Origin: Hypanus sabinus
Lineage: Eukaryota
Reading direction: 5' to 3'
Length of the DNA: 64,000 nucleotides
Assembly (NCBI RefSeq): GCF_030144855.1
Contig: NC_082731.1
Coordinates: 22,382,001 to 22,446,000 of the forward strand
The notes under the pieces are model-generated. The model had not been told where the DNA came from and made no database searches. It was given only the letters and a program-made list of their open reading frames with translations. Positions 38,301-49,740 of the stretch are shown here, piece after piece (the first letter of the stretch is position 1; every line of letters begins with the position of its first letter). A program made the translations under genes and the position numbers.

Positions 38301-39510
38301 CATTTCAGTGTCCTTAGTAAATTCAGATCAAAAACCCATTTAATATCTCTCCCATTTCTTTTTGTTCCATATATAGCCGACCACTCTGATCTTCAACAGG
38401 ACCAATTTTATCCCTTACTATCCTTTTGCTCTCAACATACCTGTAGAAAATCTTAGGATTATCCTTCAACCTGACTGCCAAAGCAACCTTATATCTTCTT
38501 TTAGAACTCCCGACTTCTTTTTTTACGTATTTTCCTACTCTTTTTTATAATCCTTAAGCTTCTTATTTCATCCATGTTGTCTATAAGTGTTACACATCTC
38601 TCTCTTCTTCTTTATCAGAGTTTCAATATCCCTCGAGAACTAAGGTTCCTTATTCTTATTCATTTTGCCTTTAACCGTGACAGGAAAATACCAACTCTGC
38701 ATTCTGAAACTTTCACCTTACAAAGCCTCCCACCTGCCAATCAGATACTTGCCAGAGAAAACATTGTCCCAATCTACGCTTTTTGGATCCTTTCTCATTT
38801 CTTCAAATTTGGACTTTTTCCAGTTTAGAACTTCAACCCGAGGACAAGATCTATCTTCATCCATGTTCAAGTTGAAATTAATGACGGTATGGTCACTGGA
38901 ACCAAAGTGTTCCCTACACACTCTTCCGTCACCTGCCCTAACTCATTTCCTAACAGGAGATCTAATATTGCATCCTCCCTAGTGGCTGCACCTATATATT
39001 GATTTAGAAAACTTTCCTGAACACATTTCACAAACTCTAACCCATCTATACCCTTAACAGTATGGGAGTCCCGATCAACGTGTCGAATTCTCATGTGCGG
39101 ATGTGGGGATGTGGAGATGTGTGGAACTCACAGAAATATTCCAAATGATAAATTGACTCAACAAATTAGATAAGGCAAAGAATTTTTTTCCATGGTAGGG
39201 GTTTCTAGGACAAGAAGTCCACGAATTCAGGATTGAAGGACGTCCTTTTAGAACTGGATACAGAGAAATTACTTTAGTCAGAGGGTGGTAAATCTGTGGA
39301 ATTTGTTGACATGAGAGACTGTGGCCAAGTCATTGGTTGTATTTAATGGAGAGATAGATAGGTTCTTGATTAGACTGTACATTAAAGGGTATAAGGTGAG
39401 AACAGGGGAGTGAGGATGACTGGATGAAGTGGATCAGCCCATGCTTGAATGGCGGAGCAGAATCGACGAGCCGAATGGCCTTCGTCTGCTCCTATATCTT
39501 ATTGACTCAT
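35360..39510 (+). mobile_element. Decayed CR1 LINE (about 35360-36868 and 39095-39510) split by an opposite-strand CR1
   Basis: RT remnants on +. The sequence breaks near CTGGAGGTCAGAA and resumes with ...AATTAGATAAGG and a CR1 3' end after 39095. Confidence 0.7.
36870..39092 (-). mobile_element. CR1 LINE fragment on the minus strand
   Basis: Minus ORFs MVLNADKCEVLHFGRSNQ, IRVDKSPGPDRVFPRTLKE and REHFGSSDH. Tail repeat GAACCATAGAACCATA at ~36871. Confidence 0.85.
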
Positions 39511-40239
39511 GGTCTTTATTTCAAAGGATTCTCTGATAATAATGCGTGAATCTCAGCATTATGGCGCGTGTTCAATTTTAAGCAGTGAAAATAAGTTAAA
39601 CGTTAATCTGTATTAAAACTAATTTCAACCCTGAAACCAGGTGCAAACTTCGCCACCTAATATCGTCACGGAACTTTCCACCCCCTACGGAAGATTTCCA
39701 GTTGGTCCACAGCAGATTAGTGGCTGCCGGAAGCAACACACTTTATTTTATTCTGTTTACACTTTCAAAGAAGCTATCGAACCGGCTGAGAGTCTCCAGC
39801 ACTGGAATGTGCGCCATCCATTGAGATGCGTGTTGTTTCTTCTTGTGTGTATGACAGAATGTTTTTGAGCTCTTTTGTCGGCAAATGCTGAACAGAGAAG
39901 ACGCGGCTGGTGAGATTTGGCAGACGACAGGACAGAGGATATTTGCAGCGAAGGTCTGAGAGTCGAAAAACCTCGCAGGAGGTGAATGGCGAATGGATGG
40001 AATCGTGAGCTCCAATGTCACATTGGACTGTTTCATTAAAATGGGCCCCGTTTTATTTTCTTTACTAACCAGATAGTTTGGTTAAGAACAGTAAAGCTCA
40101 ATATTTTATTGCATATGGCGTACTGTCTGATATTTTGTGGAACCGATTTGAAACCGGGCAACACATCATGCAGCATTCACAGAAAGGAGATTTTTTACAG
40201 TTTAGCTGGACCAGAGGCTGTCTTCCCCGAGACAAATGC

Positions 40240-41264
40240 ATGCTCGCCGAATTTAATTCATTCTTCCTTCTACCAGTGGTGTTCCCCCTGCCACTGGCTG
40301 CAACAGAAGCCCAAAGCATCCACCCCCATGGTTAACAGTTGGAAGGTTGTTCTTTCCATTAAATTCTGTCCATTTTTTTCTCGACACGTCCCGTTGTTCT
40401 TTGAGGCCAAATAGTTCAATTTAAAGTTCACCAGTCCACATGATCTGTTTCCAAAACGCTTCAGGCTAGGTGAAGTGTTCCTTTGAAAACTGATTATGCT
40501 ACATTTTGTGGTGAGGACGGAGAAAATGTTTTCTTCTGTTGACTCATCCATGGTGGTCATATTTGTGCAGGTGTGACTACACAGTAGAACAGTGCACCAC
40601 CACCCCAGACTCTGCTAAACCTTCCTGAAGTTCTTTTCAGTCAAATTGGGGTTTAGATTTGACTTTCTAGCATTCATACAAGCAGATCTCTCGGAAAGTG
40701 TTCTTGTTGTTTCAGACCTTAACTTGACCTCCTCCGTTCGGGTTAACTGCCATTTCTTAATTACATTACAAACTGAGGAAACAGCTAGCTGAAAAAAAAA
40801 CTTGCTATCATTTGATAACCTCATGCTTTTGTGTGGGCATAATTTATTTTACTTTTCGGAGTGCTAGGCAGTACTTAGTGGATGCCCTTCCTTTTGATTG
40901 TTGGGAAACATTTGAGGAGTCAGCGTATTTATCAAGCTTTGAAATCTCCATCACCTGGTCTTCCTAACAATGATGGTGAACAGGCCTTGCCCTAACAAGA
41001 TAATTAAGATCTGAAGCCTTGGTAAAAGTTATCTGACAGCTCAAATCTATTGGGGTGCCCAAACATTTGCATGGTGTTTCTTTCCTTTTTTCCAATCGAA
41101 AATTATACAAAACAAAAATAATACACTAATCTTGCTAAAACGCTTAAAATAATGCTTCATCTTTATCGTTATGTCTTCCGGAGATCAGTTCAACTTCGAC
41201 TCACATATCTATTCACAGTAACAGCCATTTTGATCATGGATGCCCAAAACTTTGCATGCCACTG
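40240..41264 (-). mobile_element. Tc1/mariner transposon, 5' portion (copy A)
   Basis: Terminal repeat CAGTGGCATGCAAAGTTTTGGGCA at 41264 with an internal repeat near 41050-41070. Transposase remnants KKWQLTRTEEVKLRS and LVEGRMN. Confidence 0.8.
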
Positions 41265-41289
41265 CATCTGTTTGCCGTTGCTCTGAGAA

Positions 41290-42250
41290 AGTCAGTTCCC
41301 AATTAATGCTCCCAAGACCCTGCCTGGTAGCTTCATATGTCCCCATACTTCAATTGAACGTTTCTCTGTTTCTATCACTCCCCACCGCTATGGTAAAATA
41401 GAAAAAAATTGCGATCAGTATCTCCAAAATGTCCTCCCAGTGAGAGAACTGACACATGACCAAGTTCATTTCCTAATAGCAGATCACGTAAAGCATCTCC
41501 ACTTGCCGGCCTATCTACCTTGCCAGGACACAGGACACATTCCAAAACACAGCTAATAATCTCCATCCTATATCAAACCCTTTGCTCTTGAGAGAAGTTA
41601 ATCAATATCTGGGAAATTAAACACTCCCAACACGAGAACTCAGTTATTTTAACAGCATTCCAGAGTCTGTTTCCCTGTCCTACACTTGATGACCCTGTTA
41701 TTATTCGGTCGCTTATAAAAAACACCGAATAGATTTATGGCCCCTTCCACTCAAAGAGTCTTGGTAGACAATCGCTCCATTCCTTCTTCACTTTTCTGCT
41801 GCCGTGACGCGATATATGATCAGCAGTGTCACGCCCCCATCTATTTTGTCTCCCTCCGTGACCTTTCAGAATCATCTAACTCCTGGCACACCAAGTAACC
41901 ATTCCTGCCGCTGAACCATCCAGATCTCCGTAATGGTCACAACATCATAGATCCAAGTTAGACCCTGCGTCTGCAGCATCGGCTATCTGACCCCCTAACT
42001 ATTGACTCCCCTGCTACTGCTGCCTTCAGCTTTACCCTATACTGCTGAGCCACAGGACCAGACTCCGTTCCAGAGGCGCAGTCGTTGTTGTCCCCCGATA
42101 TTAACCGTTCCCGAACAGTACTCAAACAGGATTGAGCTGCATTCAGCAATCAAGGCCAGACGTTTATTATTAATATTGTTCATTGTATTTAAGGCCGATT
42201 GGAGACCAGGAGGATTGCATCCGTTGCAGACGTATGTTCGGGATAAGAAA
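41290..42250 (-). mobile_element. CR1 fragment spanning the ORF1 esterase and ORF2 endonuclease
   Basis: AVAGESIVRGSD (resembles the GDSIVRG SGNH motif) and DALRDLLLGNELGHV. Confidence 0.7.
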
Positions 42251-44049
42251 GGAAAATGTAGTGCACAATGTTAAAGTGTAGATACCAAACGATTCTCCGA
42301 ATATATTAATAGTAAATGGACGGGCAAGAACAGAGATTGGAGCGCTGAAAATGTTGGTGGTGAGGTAGATATAGGTAACGAGTAAACGACGGACGACCTG
42401 AATCAGAACTTCCCTTCAGTATTCACTGTGGAGGAGAGGACATAGTTCAGCAGTGACAATGGTCGGAAGCGAGTAAGGTGGCCATTAGAAGGGTAAGCTG
42501 CTGTGGAATGTAAACTTTTTGCATTGGGTAAATTATAGGGAGACGATGGACTGTAACGCAGTATTAAGAAAGAGGTTAATCAAGAGATCGTGGAGACATA
42601 AGTAATGACCTTTCAAGCAAAAACAGATTCTGGCACTTACCCAAGGATGGACATCATTGAGAATGTCATCCAATCCTTCAAGACTCGAGAGAGTATAAAG
42701 CGGGGGGGGGGGGGGGTGGGATAAGCCAGCTGATCTGGCCTCTGTATTTGCGGAGAACTTCGAGTCCTTTGCTGAAGATTGTTTATTTTTCCCGGGATCC
42801 TGCTTTCACATGATAAAATAGTTCGAATTCAGCATTATTTCGGCAATGGAAAATCTTGCCTGACTTTCTGTTGGAGTACTTTGAAAAAAATATCAAACCT
42901 TATTCTGTGGATATTTTGAAGTCGATTTTCAGAAGGTCTTTCCCATGTTGTTCCATATAAGTTAGCATAACAAGAGAAGAGACCATGACATTACAGTAAA
43001 TATACCAGTTTGGAAAGACCACTGGTTGTAAGGCAGAACGCAACGTAGAGGAAGAAAGAGAGTCTCTTCTTTAACTCCCGGTGATTATTTGTTTTCCACG
43101 GGATCTGATTTGCAACGGCTACTTTCTCTGTTAGTTGTCATTGATTTGGAAGACAAAAATGATGATTTGCGGTCGCATTTGCGGCAATAAAGGGGAAGGT
43201 GGATAGTGTACTCTGTTTTAAGGAAGCATGGGAGCTACTGATGTGTTTAAGCAGATTGGAAGGACCTGAAAATAAGTGGAAGCTGTACTGCAGAGTCAGG
43301 AGGTGTATGACCATGAATTTTGATATTAAAAATGTAATCATGGTCAATTTTCTAAATGAACAGAATATTCAAAATAAATCTGAAATGTAAAGAGGTTTTT
43401 GTTTCCTCGTGTACAATTTCTGTAAAACTGTAAATTTTCGTTTTGAAACAATGGTGAGGAATGCAACTGTAAAGTTAAAAAAATTCGAAAGGCAAGATTA
43501 TATAAAATTAGCAAATAGTATGTCATACAAAAGGCTCTGATTAGGCTTTGCCTGGAATATTGTTAGCAGCTTTTGGGCTCTAACCTGAGAAGTTTTTTTT
43601 TTCCTGGTATTGGACACGGTTGGAAGAAGGTCAGCAATAATGATACTAATTAATCGTTCTCAGGCTGTGCTTAAAGGAACTCAGGAGATTGAGTTGAAAT
43701 AAAATCGAAACTTCTGAAAGATTGGAATTTGTCTATAGGCTTCTTGTGGAGAGTATGGCAAGGAAGTGTAGCATCAGCGGACACAACCTCTGAATAGATA
43801 GAGTTCCAATTAGCATGAAGATCAGGAGAAAAAAAAGCTCCTCAGCAAGAGTGTGGTCAAACTGTAGAATTACATGCCATAGGCGTCTATGAAGACTAGG
43901 TGAATGGTAATATTGAAGGTAGACGTCCATATACTGATTATTAGTTAAGGCATCATGGGTTGCGTTGAGAATGACAGAGACTGGGGCTGTAGGAAAAAAA
44001 TAACTGTACAAACGTAGAATCGATTCGGTAAATTCTGCCTTGTACCTTA

Positions 44050-46140
44050 TGGCTTTACCATCTCAGCCCACTAGATATGACTGCCAAATGTCGATATTCG
44101 TTGAGGCACATTACCTAGATCTTCCTTGTCACACATAAGATTGCCATTTATTTTAAACTGTTTTTTGTGCTCCGAATGCAGCAGTAAGAGATTGAAAGCA
44201 ATTTTAAACAGTACATGCACAATTTACATAACCACATAAAACAGCTCATCCGAAAAACTTAACTGCTTTTCCGCAGGGATACGCAAGGCTATGCATAGGT
44301 AACTGACAGGAGCTCTGAAGTTGCGGTGAAGTTAGTCGGTAGTGTTGATGGTCAGTCTTAACGCCAGGGGAACGTAAATGAAATAAAATGGCCCTGGCGT
44401 GGATACTATGCAGCCTCTTCACTGATGGGAGTAATACAATTAAATATGAGCAGAATGGGTGGGATGCTTCCTGACATTAGCGCCACTGTACCTGCAATTT
44501 TTGGCTTTGATGCACTTGATAGCGGGTAAGCTGTTGTCTGTGCTGTGCTGGGCAGTTTTAGCTACCCGTTAGTAACCCTTCCTGTCGTCGCCGTCCATAT
44601 CATATTTCAAGCAATGGCGTAGCCTGTCAGGATTTTCGCTGCACCGCCTGCAAAATTAATGAAATATGAATACACAACATTATGGTCTCATCTAACCTCA
44701 GAATCTAAAGGCGCAGGTTAGGTCTGTTGAATATATTGGGTGTGTTTCAGCAGAATGATAATTTGTGTTTATGCAATCCGAGGAGTTTAAAATTGCAGTA
44801 GTTGCTACTTGAAGAGGGAAATTCAACAATGGAAAGTCGCAAGGCAACGGGACCGAAAAAGCATTCTGGGGCGTGTCCTCGGGATGAGCGCAACACAACT
44901 GGCAGGTGAATTTACAGACATTATTAATCCACCGGTCTCCTTGTGTCGAGGGACCCCTGCTTCAAATTCTCCACCATTCTTCTTGTACCAAAGAACAAAG
45001 TAACATGTCTGAACGACTGGGGTCCGAAGGCACTCAACTGAATAATAATTAGATGTTTTGAGAGGCTGGTCAAGGATTACATCTGCAGCTTTCTATCACC
45101 CAAACTGACCCCCCTACAATTCTCCTACTGACACAACCGATCGATAGATTCAATAAGAACAAGTGCACTATATCCCGCCCTTACACATCTGGAAAATAAC
45201 CATGGTTACGTGAGAATGTTGTTCTTGGACTACAGTTCAACATTCCACTGCAGTGTTCTGTCCAGGCTCGGGAAGAAGCTCAGAGACCTCGGCCTTAACC
45301 CTGCCTTGTGCTGCTGTGATCATCCGGTCAGATCGTTAGCACGTCATAAGTGTGGGCTCCCTGCCCTCAAACCCTGTGACTCTCAATGTAGCCCCTCAGG
45401 GTTGTGTACTGTGTCCTCTCCTCTACTCCCTTTATACCAATGTACGTATCGGCACCTACAGCTCCTAACTGCTAATAAAAATTTATACGTTGATTGGCTT
45501 TACCTCAAACAATAATGAGGTGGCCTTTAGGAAAGTAGTCATATTTCTGACACAGTGGAGTCAAGAAAAAAACGCCTCCCTCAATTTCGCAAAAAAAAAA
45601 AAAAAACAAAACAGTTGGTTGTGGATTACAGGAGGAATGGAGAGGGGCTAACCCCTGTTGATTTAAAGGATCTGGAGCTGAGTAGTAAACAGCTTTAGGT
45701 TCTTCACTATCCACATCACGGAGCACCTCGCGTGGTCTGGACACACTAGCTGCGTGGTAAAGAAGTCACAACAGCACCTCTTCAAACACAGAAGGCTGAA
45801 GAAGTTTACTGTCGGCTCCAAATCCTATGAATTTTCTACAGGGGCACAACTGAGAACATCCCGACTGGCTGCATGACTTCCGGGTATCGGAACTGTACTT
45901 CCCCCTAATCAGAGGACTGAATTCCCCATGATTCAGGTGACTTACAGCGTGCGTATAAAGAGCCTGAATAATAGCTGCTCCATTGCTTTAAGATGCTCCT
46001 CAAATGGCAACAGAATGATCAGTGATATCCGCCTTGCTTATTGCTGGAATTTAATTTTCTCCTTGACCTATTGGATGATCCCCCTACTTCGGGACACTAC
46101 GTCACGCATCTCACAGAAACGATTATAACCTGTTACTGCC
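44050..46140 (+). mobile_element. Decayed Rex1/Babar-type LINE
   Basis: GRVLGMSATQLAGEFTDII and MRMLFLDYSSTF...KLRDLGLNPALC, typical Rex1 RT motifs. Confidence 0.75.
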
Positions 46141-47121
46141 TCATTAAATTGAAATTATAACTTTAACATGAAATGAAAGATGGAATCAAGAGGCGAATCT
46201 CTACGGACAGCTCCCATGGATATAACCAAATAATTGATCTCAGGATTACGGCGGATGAATTATAGCAAAAGCCGTGAACTGTTCAATGAGCAGTATAGTT
46301 TTATTGACAAAACCAAAAACTTCCGATATTCCACGTCAATGAAACTTGAAGAGTTTCGTAATGCAGTGTGTGCATTCTAATAAATTTGCAAACTCTCCTT
46401 CAAGGCGCTAATGTTTCAGATGTAATTAATTTCTTTATTTTTCTGGTACTGCTAATGTGGCCTTATTCCTTTTCTTCAGATGGCAGAATTTCTGTGAGCA
46501 GACGTTCGATGAAGTAAGTAATAACACAATAAAGTGCAATTAAAAATGCCCCACCTGACTGTAGAAGGTACAAGCAGTACAATTAACCTCCCCCATCCTT
46601 GTTGCTTCATATTATCCCGGGGAATGGAAGTAGTAGACTTCGAGTGCCAGTGACAAATTTTCTTATACGTATAATGAAAACATAAAGATTATATGCTGAT
46701 CTAACGATCCATGAATTTGTGCAGTCTGACTGCGACATAAATCTCTGCGCCATGAATCCAACTAAATGCTGCAGAAAATTCTCAAACTAGGGTAAAAACA
46801 CATACATGCAAATTTCGTGAGCGCACATTGGAGTACGAAGTTAGACGAAAATTCTGTGACTAAAATAGAAGTGAATGGTGGTCAAATAATTAGTTTCGAA
46901 TGAACTCACTTTCAATGTGCGCGCTGCTGGCTTCATTGGGCAATTGAAAGCACATGACTGCAAATGTATTGAACTTGTAGTATTACAAGTTGTAGTTGTA
47001 TCGTAAAAGCGTGTCACTATCTCTGATTCGTTCATTCAGCGTGCTGCTGGGCAGGGTGATCGGCATCTCTACTTCGACAGTTTGTTACTTGGAATGACAA
47101 ATTAGAGACACAAAAATCAAC

Positions 47122-47594
47122 ATGAAGATCCACCTGCTGGTGCTTCACATGATTCTATCACTTGTCGGTAAGTAAATTCAAACATTTCTTGTATTTCAAC
47201 TATACCATTGGTATGTCCTCGGTGAAATATCGTTCTAAAATCTGAACAAGGCAATGTTGCTGGCAGGTCTGATTTTGTTTTCTCTGTTAGGCTACAGCCA
47301 TGAAGATAGTGTGCTCCAGTCGGTCAGTGAAATGCGGTGCGAAGAGAAAAGTAACATCACACTTAAATGCACATTGGAAACAACCGATACGAACCCATAC
47401 GTTTATTGGTATAGCCAACGGTTTGGCCAGCATCCAGTTTATCTGCTTCGTATTGTAGCAGGGCTACTGAGCAGGAATAGTATTCTCTCCAATCGAATCT
47501 CGTCTACATTCAATAAAACTACCAAAACTACGGAGCTAAGGATCGACGAGACTCTCATCTCCGACTCAGCCGTGTATCTCTGTGCCATGAAACT
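47122..47594 (+). CDS. TCR alpha/delta-like V gene segment V3 (leader exon 47122-47167, intron 47168-47290, V exon 47291-47594), apparently functional
   Basis: Leader MKIHLLVLHMILSLV, then a GTAAGT...TTAG phase-1 intron, then GYSHEDSVLQSVSEMRCEEKSNITLKCTLETTDTNPYVYWYSQRFGQHPVYLLRIVAGLLSRNSILSNRISSTFNKTTKTTELRIDETLISDSAVYLCAMK. No stops; followed by an RSS. Confidence 0.93.
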
Positions 47595-47633
47595 CACAAC
47601 GTTTCAGCCACATTATGGACCTAGACAAAAACC
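47595..47633 (+). other. 23-RSS of V3
   Basis: CACAACG + 23-nt spacer + consensus nonamer ACAAAAACC. Confidence 0.92.
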
Positions 47634-47665
47634 TGTAACTCTATAACTGCTAATGCAGTGAGTGC

Positions 47666-47680
47666 TCACTAGATGGCGAA
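47666..47680 (+). promoter_or_regulatory. CTCF-like motif downstream of the V3 RSS
   Basis: TCACTAGATGGCGAA with the core CACTAGATGGCG intact, about 32 nt past the nonamer. Confidence 0.6.
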
Positions 47681-48609
47681 CTAATCAAAAGATACGTGAA
47701 GATGAAATACGGAAAGAGATTAGATTTCTTGATATTCTGCCTTCGATTTTCACTTGAGACCGGATTTAGAAAAGTGCTTATTAATTGAAGCGCCGAACTT
47801 TGAATGTTTTGAACCTTAACTGTCCTTTGTTTTGCTGTCAATCGCTAACCATATCGAACGAGAGTGAGCTAATATTTCATATCCACGATCATCAATCAAG
47901 TAACACCAATAAGATTAGTCTAAGCTTAAAACATAACTATAGAATCGTGGCAGCCCACCAACAAGACTGCTCAATCATTCCATCAATTGATCTGTTTTAT
48001 TGCCCCTAAACGCAATTCTCCATGTAATGTTTGAGCATAGGACAATCAAGATCCTATCAAACTACAGTCAAATATATATCGCATCTTGAACTCCATAAAT
48101 CTTTTGTAACTGTGTTCCCGTGTATCAACTACCCAATGCCTCAATATATTTCTCGTCATCTCCGTTATCTATTGATAGTCTGAAATTCCGTATTGTGGTC
48201 GTAGACTATCTCAGTGTAAGAAACAGCCTCCGACGTTCAATCACATCTGGGCATTTTAATATTGCAAAGGATTCAAAATGCTCCCACGCTCCGCCCTTAT
48301 TCTCCTAATCTTCATGGAATACAGAACCAGAACGATCAGATGGTTCTCACTGGTTAACTCTTCTATGTACAGGCAACGTTCGTGAAAACCACCCAAAGCC
48401 CGAAAAAAAAGATGAATTATCTGAGCAGAATTGTTCATTGCACTCGGAATCTGCAATTCCGAGCCTTTTTATTATACCGTTCCATAAATGTTCGAGCGCC
48501 TCAAGAGATCTGAGCTCTCGGATAACTTCTCCAAGATCTCAGAACTTAATTAGCTTGATACAGCTATGGAGTGTTTCACAGTCACCATTCGGAAAGATCA
48601 CGTGATGTA

Positions 48610-49257
48610 ATTTTCAAATCTTTATAAATACCCTGACTCCTTAAACCTTGCCCCAAAGCATCCATGGGCTCCTCTAAGCAGCTGCCTTGCACTCTGAAAA
48701 TTAAAATGCATGATGCCTACAAAGGAGGAGAAGACTATAAGAAGATAGTAAAGCATTTTAGGTAGTCGTTTCCTAAGTTCGTAATACAATTAAGAAATGT
48801 CAGTTAACAGGAACGGTGGAGGTCAAGTACAGGTCTGGAAGACAAAGAAATTTTTTCGAGCTAACTGTTCGTTGGATTTATAGAAAGGCAAATCAAAACT
48901 CCCGTTTGACTGCAAAAGAACTTCAGGCAGATTTAGCAGACACAGTGTTGCTGCACTGTTTTACTGAGGCGAGAAAACTGTACAAATATTAACTTCATGG
49001 AAAAGCTATCAAAACAAAGATTTACTGCGTCCTCACCACGAAATCCTCAGTCAGAAGTTTGCATAAGAACATCTAAGAAGCCTGATGCATTTTGGAAACA
49101 AGTCCTGTGGACTGATGAAGTTATAATAGAACTTGTTTGGTCGCAATGAGCAAAGGTATATTTGGGGAAAAAGAGGGTACAGAATTTCGTGAAAAGAACA
49201 CCTCTCCAACTGTTAAGGACGGGATTGATCCATAAGGCTTTGGTCTGGTGTTGCAGT
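48610..49257 (+). mobile_element. Tc1/mariner transposon, 5' portion (copy B, same family as copy A)
   Basis: ATGGGCTCCTCTAAG start at 48664. AATTAAGAAAT..CAGTTAAC..GGAGGTCAAGT and TTTGACTG.AAA.GAACTTCAGG..G.TTTAGCAGA are shared with the minus strand of copy A; WKQVLWTDE motif. Confidence 0.8.
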
Positions 49258-49740
49258 TTGTGTCCTCCTGAGTTGCCGCCCGTTTTGCCGCTGTTCCGAG
49301 TCTAGATGACGAATTCTATCGTTTTTGTGCCCGGCCAAGTGATTTCTGGCCGTTTACCGCTTCATGAGCTTCTCCGTGTCAAGTTTCGAACTGTCTGTTG
49401 TTCTTTTGTTCTGTCGTCTTGTGTCCAGCTGTGTATTTGCCGTTCATTTGCCAATCCATGAGCTACTTTGTGTTAAGATACGTATTGTATGTTGCGGTTT
49501 GTCTTAATCGTCTCGTTTCCCGACGATTAGGTCCGGCCGTTTGCCGGTAATCATAGTTGGGTAATCTGTCTTTTCGTGTCCTAGTCCAAGACCTGGCTCT
49601 GAGTTCCGGTCAGGTCCAAGTCGAGCCTCTGAGTTCCAGTCAAGTGCACAAGGCAAAAGTTTGGGCACCCTACATTTCCAATCCATAGTAACAACCCCTT
49701 TGGCAGGTATCACGGCTTGTATAATTTAAAACTCGGAGAT

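Noticed and set aside
42701-42720. Poly-G run (possible G-quadruplex)
   Set aside because: An isolated homopolymer inside decayed LINE sequence; length unreliable.
43394-43432. Perfect nonamer GGTTTTTGT with AACTGTA 23 nt away
   Set aside because: The heptamer lacks CAC, and no V end or FGxG J motif is adjacent.
11267-47633. Interpretation as IgH, IgNAR or NAR-TCR V segments
   Set aside because: The CALRP/CAMV/CAMK ends and framework pattern fit TCR alpha/delta. No nearby D or J mini-cluster was seen, and V2 and V3 have their own leaders.
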